In this document: positions 24,149 to 27,943 of the stretch, one piece after another
Position numbering within the stretch: position 1 is the stretch's first letter
Layout: each line of letters starts with the position of its first letter
DNA from: a virus
Taxonomy: Duplodnaviria; Caudoviricetes
Virus record (IMG/VR): IMGVR_UViG_3300020724_000022
Location: 1 to 27,943 of that record
DNA length: 27,943 nucleotides
Reading direction: 5' to 3' (one strand)
Made by a program: the position numbers and the translations under genes
Notes under the pieces: model-generated
Databases searched by the model: none
What the model was told of the DNA's origin: nothing
The model's input: the letters and a program-made list of their open reading frames with translations, nothing else

Positions 24149-24702
24149 GAGTCCTTATTGCTTGTGAATACTCTGGTGTTGTGCGTGATGCTTTTCTAGG
24201 GGGGGGGCACGAAGCCATGAGCTGCGATTTATTACCAACTGATGCGCCTGGGCCTCATTATCAAGGCGATGTAAGGGATGTATTGGATTACCCTTGGGAT
24301 TTAATGATTGCTCATCCACCATGCACAAATTTATCAGTAAGTGGTGCTAGACATTTTCAAGCAAAACGCATGGATGGCAGACAGCAAGCCAGCGCATCAT
24401 TTTTTATGATGTTGGCAAAAGTTGATATTCCTAAAATTGCCATTGAAAATCCAATTTGCATTATGTCTAGCCTTTACAGAAAACCAGATCAAGTTGTGCA
24501 ACCTTGGATGTTTGGGCATGGAGAAACTAAAGCAACTTCCTTATGGTTAAAGGGTTTGCCTAAACTTTTGTCAACAAATATTGTTGAAGGCAGAGAAGCA
24601 AGAATCCATAAAATGCCACCAAGCGAAGATAGATGGAAATTAAGAAGCACAACTTATCAAGGAATTGCTGATGCTATGGCTCAACAATGGGGCAATGAAT
24701 GA
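24145..24702 (+). CDS. Compact DNA cytosine-C5 methyltransferase-like protein
   Basis: 185 aa; VLIACEYSG (variant motif I), DLMIAHPPC (motif IV), IENP (motif VI), QPWMFGH..TKAT.LW; no large target-recognition domain. Confidence 0.7.
   Translation: MRVLIACEYSGVVRDAFLGGGHEAMSCDLLPTDAPGPHYQGDVRDVLDYPWDLMIAHPPCTNLSVSGARHFQAKRMDGRQQASASFFMMLAKVDIPKIAIENPICIMSSLYRKPDQVVQPWMFGHGETKATSLWLKGLPKLLSTNIVEGREARIHKMPPSEDRWKLRSTTYQGIADAMAQQWGNE
24199..24207 (+). repeat. G9 homopolymer tract in methyltransferase-like gene
   Basis: CTA GGG GGG GGG CAC (codons 18-22); longest G run seen in this AT-rich window. Confidence 0.95.
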
Positions 24703-24889
24703 AGAAAAATACCGACATCAATGCGAAGTCAGATATTTGCTTGCAATCAGACATAAGGAAGGTCTTGGCGCAATCCGCAAACTTTTATTTAATTCAGGGT
24801 TTGCCCCTAGGCTACATAGAATCCAGTTCGACATGGCAGAACAATGGCGAAAAGGCAACAGAGGAACAATTAAAGGACAATGGCTATGA
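24695..24889 (+). CDS. Hypothetical protein
   Basis: Start reassigned to ATG 24695 (MNEEKYRHQCEVRYLL...EQWRKGNRG, 64 aa); recurrent small phage protein pattern near replication genes. Confidence 0.65.
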   Translation: MNEEKYRHQCEVRYLLAIRHKEGLGAIRKLLFNSGFAPRLHRIQFDMAEQWRKGNRGTIKGQWL

Positions 24890-25218
24890 ATCTTGAACAA
24901 TTAACAGAAAACAGGGTTGAGGAAGCCCTTATTAAGCTTTCTTCTACAGACGAATCTCATGCAGCCTGGGCTGGTCAAGTTAAATACCTTGAGGAAGGCT
25001 TAAAACAAGCCAAGAGCCATTCTTTTTTACTAGCTGATGGCACAGTAGCCGAAAGAGAAGCAAAGGCTCTATCAAGCGATAAATACGCACAGGCGGTATT
25101 GGCTTGGACTGAAGCTTTGAAGCAATTTAAGAAAATAGACAATGAACGCAATCATGAAATGCGGATTATTGATATTTGGCGCACTTTATCTTCTAATCGC
25201 AGACAAGGAAATATGTAA
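24880..25218 (+). CDS. Helical hypothetical protein
   Basis: 112 aa (start may be 24886); GTVAEREAKA...IDIWRT.SSN.R coiled-coil family seen in phage recombination regions. Confidence 0.7.
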   Translation: MAMNLEQLTENRVEEALIKLSSTDESHAAWAGQVKYLEEGLKQAKSHSFLLADGTVAEREAKALSSDKYAQAVLAWTEALKQFKKIDNERNHEMRIIDIWRTLSSNRRQGNM

Positions 25219-25374
25219 ATGAAAGATTTTAGCCAACCATTTTTAGATGCAAAACGTCTTTTAGATGAATACTACAAAGCTATGATTGCTCAAGATAAAG
25301 CCACAGCTTATCAAATTGCCAATTCTTTTGTAGAAACTGCTTTAAAGCTAGAAGATATTGCTCATGCGGATTAA
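25219..25374 (+). CDS. Small hypothetical protein
   Basis: Not in ORF track. 51 aa MKDFSQPFLDAKRLLDEYYKAMIAQDKATAYQIANSFVETALKLEDIAHAD; AAGGA RBS; fills the gap exactly. Confidence 0.7.
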   Translation: MKDFSQPFLDAKRLLDEYYKAMIAQDKATAYQIANSFVETALKLEDIAHAD

Positions 25375-25792
25375 AAAGTTTGATCAAGCCCTTCATGATA
25401 AGTACGATCCACCAGCTAGAGCTGCGGTAGCTGAATGGATTTCTATGAAATGGGGGCTTACAGCTTTAGATAATCCTGATATTTATGGCACAGACTTAAT
25501 TATTCATAGGGGCTCTGTTCCTGTAGGGTTTGCCGAAGTTGAGGTTAGATCTTGGAATCCCCATTGTCCTTTTGATACTATCCATGTGCCTGTAAGAAAA
25601 AAACATATGCTAGAAGTACCTAAAACGCTGTTTTTTGCATTAAACCAAGATATGACTCATGCTTACTGGATCACAGGAACAAGGGCTTTAAGCTTTCCAA
25701 CCATAGAAATGCGTGATGAAACTAAGCATGAAGCTTATTATGATGTTCCTAAATCATTGTTTAAATATGTTGATTTAACGGAGTTATTTTGA
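25364..25792 (+). CDS. Putative PD-(D/E)XK-fold nuclease
   Basis: 142 aa from ATG 25364; YGTDLII...FAEVEVR resembles the D...ExK core with an ExE variant. Confidence 0.5.
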   Translation: MRIKKFDQALHDKYDPPARAAVAEWISMKWGLTALDNPDIYGTDLIIHRGSVPVGFAEVEVRSWNPHCPFDTIHVPVRKKHMLEVPKTLFFALNQDMTHAYWITGTRALSFPTIEMRDETKHEAYYDVPKSLFKYVDLTELF

Positions 25793-26403
25793 TAATAAAA
25801 ACAATAGGTAATGCAACTCTTTATTTAGGTGATTGTGCTGATATTTTGCCTAAATTAAGTCAATTTGATGCTGTTATTACAGATCCTCCTTATGGAATTT
25901 CTATAACAAAAAGCCATAGATTATCTAAAAGCAGGGGTTTTAAAGATACTGGCTGGGATGATAAGCCACCATCTAAAGAATTAATTGATGCCATTGTTTC
26001 TAAAGGCAATCAAGCAATTTTATGGGGTGGAAATTATTTTGATTTACCACCAACTCGTTGTTTTTTGGCTTGGGACAAACAAAACGAAGGTCGTGATTTT
26101 GCAGATTTAGAAATGGCTTGGACTAATTTAAACAAAGTTGCCAGAATATTTCGTATGAGGCCTATGAATATGGATGGCGGTAAAGAACATCCAACACAAA
26201 AACCAATAGCATTAATGCAATGGTGCATTGATAAAATTGATGGAAATTTAATATTTGATCCTTTTATGGGATCTGGAAGTACAGGAGTAGCTTGCGCCAA
26301 AATGGGAAAATCATTTATTGGTATAGAAAAAGATCCTAAATATTTTGAAATAGCCTGTAAAAGAATAGATTTGGCTTATGCTCAAGGCGATATGTTTATA
26401 TGA
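25789..26403 (+). CDS. DNA N6-adenine/N4-cytosine methyltransferase (beta class)
   Basis: 204 aa; LYLGDC, ITDPPYG (motif IV), HPTQKP, DPFMGSGSTGVA (motif I), FIGIEKD..YF. Confidence 0.92.
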   Translation: MIIKTIGNATLYLGDCADILPKLSQFDAVITDPPYGISITKSHRLSKSRGFKDTGWDDKPPSKELIDAIVSKGNQAILWGGNYFDLPPTRCFLAWDKQNEGRDFADLEMAWTNLNKVARIFRMRPMNMDGGKEHPTQKPIALMQWCIDKIDGNLIFDPFMGSGSTGVACAKMGKSFIGIEKDPKYFEIACKRIDLAYAQGDMFI

Positions 26404-26693
26404 CAACTAAGTCAGAAAGGGATGTTTATGCTCGCTTGGCGAGATATGGTTGTATTTTATGCAAACAACAAGAAGTCAGAAACCTTGAAGATTCCCCAAC
26501 AGAAATGCACCATATACGAAGATTTGGTGGAAAACGAAAAAATGCCCCAGTCATCCCCTTATGCGCTTACCATCATAGACTTGGAGATTCCAGTATTCAC
26601 CAACTTGGACATAAAGGATTTATTAAATATTGGGGTTTCTCTGAAATGGATTTGCTAGAAAGATTAAATGACTTATTACAAGAAAAGAGTTGA
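26400..26693 (+). CDS. Ref-like / DUF968-type HNH nuclease
   Basis: 97 aa; GCILC...EMHHIR...VIPLCAYHHR Zn/His motifs. Confidence 0.75.
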   Translation: MTTKSERDVYARLARYGCILCKQQEVRNLEDSPTEMHHIRRFGGKRKNAPVIPLCAYHHRLGDSSIHQLGHKGFIKYWGFSEMDLLERLNDLLQEKS

Positions 26694-26961
26694 TGACAAT
26701 CAAAAACAGATAATCCATACATTTATTGCATTGGGAGCTTCTGTTTTAAATCTTTCTAGAGTCGGCGAAGGCTGCCCAGATATTTTGATTGGATACAAAA
26801 AGCACAGCGTTCTTTGTGAAATAAAAAGAGATAACAAGGCCCTTTATACCGAATCTCAGGTCAAATTTATGCAAAATTGGCGAGGTGGCCCAGTTAGCAG
26901 AATAGATTCAGTTGATGCTGCTATACGATTAATTAAAATGCTTGACATGGGTAATGGATAA
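26668..26961 (+). CDS. VRR-NUC-type nuclease (putative Holliday junction resolvase)
   Basis: 97 aa; KRVDDNQ...GCPDILIG...LCEIK...TESQVKF...W.G. Confidence 0.8.
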   Translation: MTYYKKRVDDNQKQIIHTFIALGASVLNLSRVGEGCPDILIGYKKHSVLCEIKRDNKALYTESQVKFMQNWRGGPVSRIDSVDAAIRLIKMLDMGNG

Positions 26962-27005
26962 GGCAAAATAAGCAAAGCTACGATTTGTAGCTTCTTTTGC
27001 AAAAG
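26942..27005 (+). promoter_or_regulatory. Candidate late promoter followed by hairpin
   Basis: TTGACA 26942-26947, weak -10 (CAAAAT/AAAATA) at 16-17 bp; hairpin AAGCTAC-GATTT-GTAGCTT (26975-26993) and palindrome CTTTTGCAAAAG (26994-27005). Confidence 0.4.
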
Positions 27006-27015
27006 GAAAATAGAA

Positions 27016-27276
27016 ATGGCAATGGGCAAAACAACTAATCCAAACAGCACTAAAGGCGTACCAGCCAAGGGTGTAGTAGTTCCAAAAGGTGCTGATGCAG
27101 CCGATACTAAAGGCGAACGTCATGCTAAAGCAGTTCGTGGCGGTGTAGCAATGGGCAAAGAAGATGCTATTGGCTCTGATAAAGAGTTCAATACTGGTCG
27201 TACTTCTGGTATCTGCTACGAACACAAGCGCACAGCTTATGGCGTAGAAGATAAATACGAAAAAGACCCAATGTAA
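27016..27276 (+). CDS. Hydrophilic hypothetical protein
   Basis: 86 aa Lys/Gly/Ala-rich with codon usage like the coat gene; AAGGA RBS; followed by a strong hairpin. Confidence 0.7.
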   Translation: MAMGKTTNPNSTKGVPAKGVVVPKGADAADTKGERHAKAVRGGVAMGKEDAIGSDKEFNTGRTSGICYEHKRTAYGVEDKYEKDPM

Positions 27277-27279
27277 AAC

Positions 27280-27317
27280 GAAAACCCCTAGCACGTGAAG
27301 GTAAACTAGGGGTTCTC
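27280..27317 (+). terminator. Strong hairpin (terminator-like or structured RNA element)
   Basis: GAAAACCCCTAG-N14-CTAGGGGTTCTC; 9 bp perfect core, but only a weak U tail on + (A-run gives a short U tail on -). Confidence 0.5.
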
Positions 27318-27341
27318 TAACCACAATTAATCGGAGAAACT

Positions 27342-27575
27342 GTGGCTATAAAAGAGCATAAAGACACTTGTAATTTATGTCGATTTTTTTCTTTTGGGGA
27401 AAGAATGGGCATTTGCAAGCGTTTTCCTATTGTGCAAAACAAATCAAATGATGATTGGTGTGGGGAATGGCAACTGACTGAAAGTCTAGCTTTAGAGCAA
27501 ATAGTTCAAATGATGACTGAACCAGTATTGATTTCTGAACCAAAAAAGAAACCAGGAAGGCCAAGAAAAGCATGA
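27342..27575 (+). CDS. Small Cys-rich protein with C-terminal AT-hook-like motif
   Basis: 77 aa, GTG start after GGAG; CNLC...C.RFP...WCGEW and KKKPGRPRK. Confidence 0.65.
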   Translation: MAIKEHKDTCNLCRFFSFGERMGICKRFPIVQNKSNDDWCGEWQLTESLALEQIVQMMTEPVLISEPKKKPGRPRKA

Positions 27576-27874
27576 AACTCAAGCCATTAGCAGACAAAAT
27601 TGTTGTAAAACCTGATGTTCGTGAGCTTTCTAGCATTATTTTTGTTGATAACAAAGAAGTAGAAAACATGGGTACAGTCATAGCTGTAGGCCCTGGAAAG
27701 AAATTATTAGGTGGTCGCAGAGAAGATATGCCTGTTCAAATAGGAGCTAGAGTTCGATTTGGCACTATGAACGATGACAAAGGCGAGGAGTATCTCAAAT
27801 ACTTTCCTTATGTTGAGGATGGCGTTAAATACCTTGTTCTTTCGTGGCAAGATGTGTGTTGGATAAACGAATGA
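27572..27874 (+). CDS. groES: Phage-encoded co-chaperonin GroES (Cpn10)
   Basis: 100 aa; MKLKPLADKIVVK, GTVIAVGPGK, VQIGARVRF, DGVKYLVL..QDV. Confidence 0.9.
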   Translation: MKLKPLADKIVVKPDVRELSSIIFVDNKEVENMGTVIAVGPGKKLLGGRREDMPVQIGARVRFGTMNDDKGEEYLKYFPYVEDGVKYLVLSWQDVCWINE

Positions 27875-27943
27875 ATTACAGCAAAATTTATCAATCTTTA
27901 ATTGAAAATGCTAAAAATCGCAAGATTAATAAGCAGTATGAAA
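27871..27943 (+). CDS. Start of probable HNH homing endonuclease (3' truncated by window)
   Basis: MNYSKIYQSLIENAKNRKINKQYE..., ATGA-coupled to groES; N-terminus resembles T4 Mob-type HNH proteins, but catalytic motifs lie outside the window. Confidence 0.5.
   Translation, partial: MNYSKIYQSLIENAKNRKINKQYE

Noticed and set aside
24699-27681. ORFs 24699-24896, 24718-24900, 26034-26300, 26422-26658, 26856-27068, 26929-27324, 27427-27681
   Set aside because: Alternative-frame or antisense overlaps of genes that tile the plus strand with coupled starts and stops.
1-27943. tRNA, rRNA, integrase, attachment site or IS element
   Set aside because: Intergenic gaps are short and none shows a cloverleaf, recombinase or transposase motifs.

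Overview
AT-rich fragment (roughly 35-40% GC by eye, not counted) of a tailed-phage genome. It combines a P22-like podovirus virion module with a lambdoid early-region layout. The host is a Gram-negative bacterium (spanins present); a freshwater Betaproteobacterium is my inference from protein families. Plus strand 1-18476: end of scaffold, P22 gp5-type coat, four small beta-rich structural proteins, a large fibre/spike cluster (Thr/Ser/Gly-rich fibre, C1q-tipped fibre, XkdW-like chaperone, pectate-lyase-type spike, stand-alone particle-binding domain), gp4-like adaptor, HNH gene with its own promoter, gp10-like hub, three ejection proteins (last with lytic transglycosylase) and a lysis cassette (two holin-like genes, Rz with embedded Rz1, GH19 endolysin). 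Minus strand 18465-23003: early-left operon with Sak-type annealing protein, YqaJ exonuclease, SSB-like protein, three HNH genes and small proteins. Plus strand 23149-27943: Cro-like regulator, DUF1376 initiator with internal iterons, C5-methyltransferase-like gene with a G9 tract, PD-(D/E)XK-like nuclease next to an N6/N4 methylase, Ref-like and VRR-NUC nucleases, phage GroES and the start of another HNH-type gene. No CI repressor, integrase, tRNA or CRISPR array was seen. The best candidates for new biology are the possibly phase-variable (poly-G) methyltransferase, the split/branched adhesin cluster, and microhomology-bounded module shuffling in the early-left operon. All family assignments are by motif recognition, not database search.
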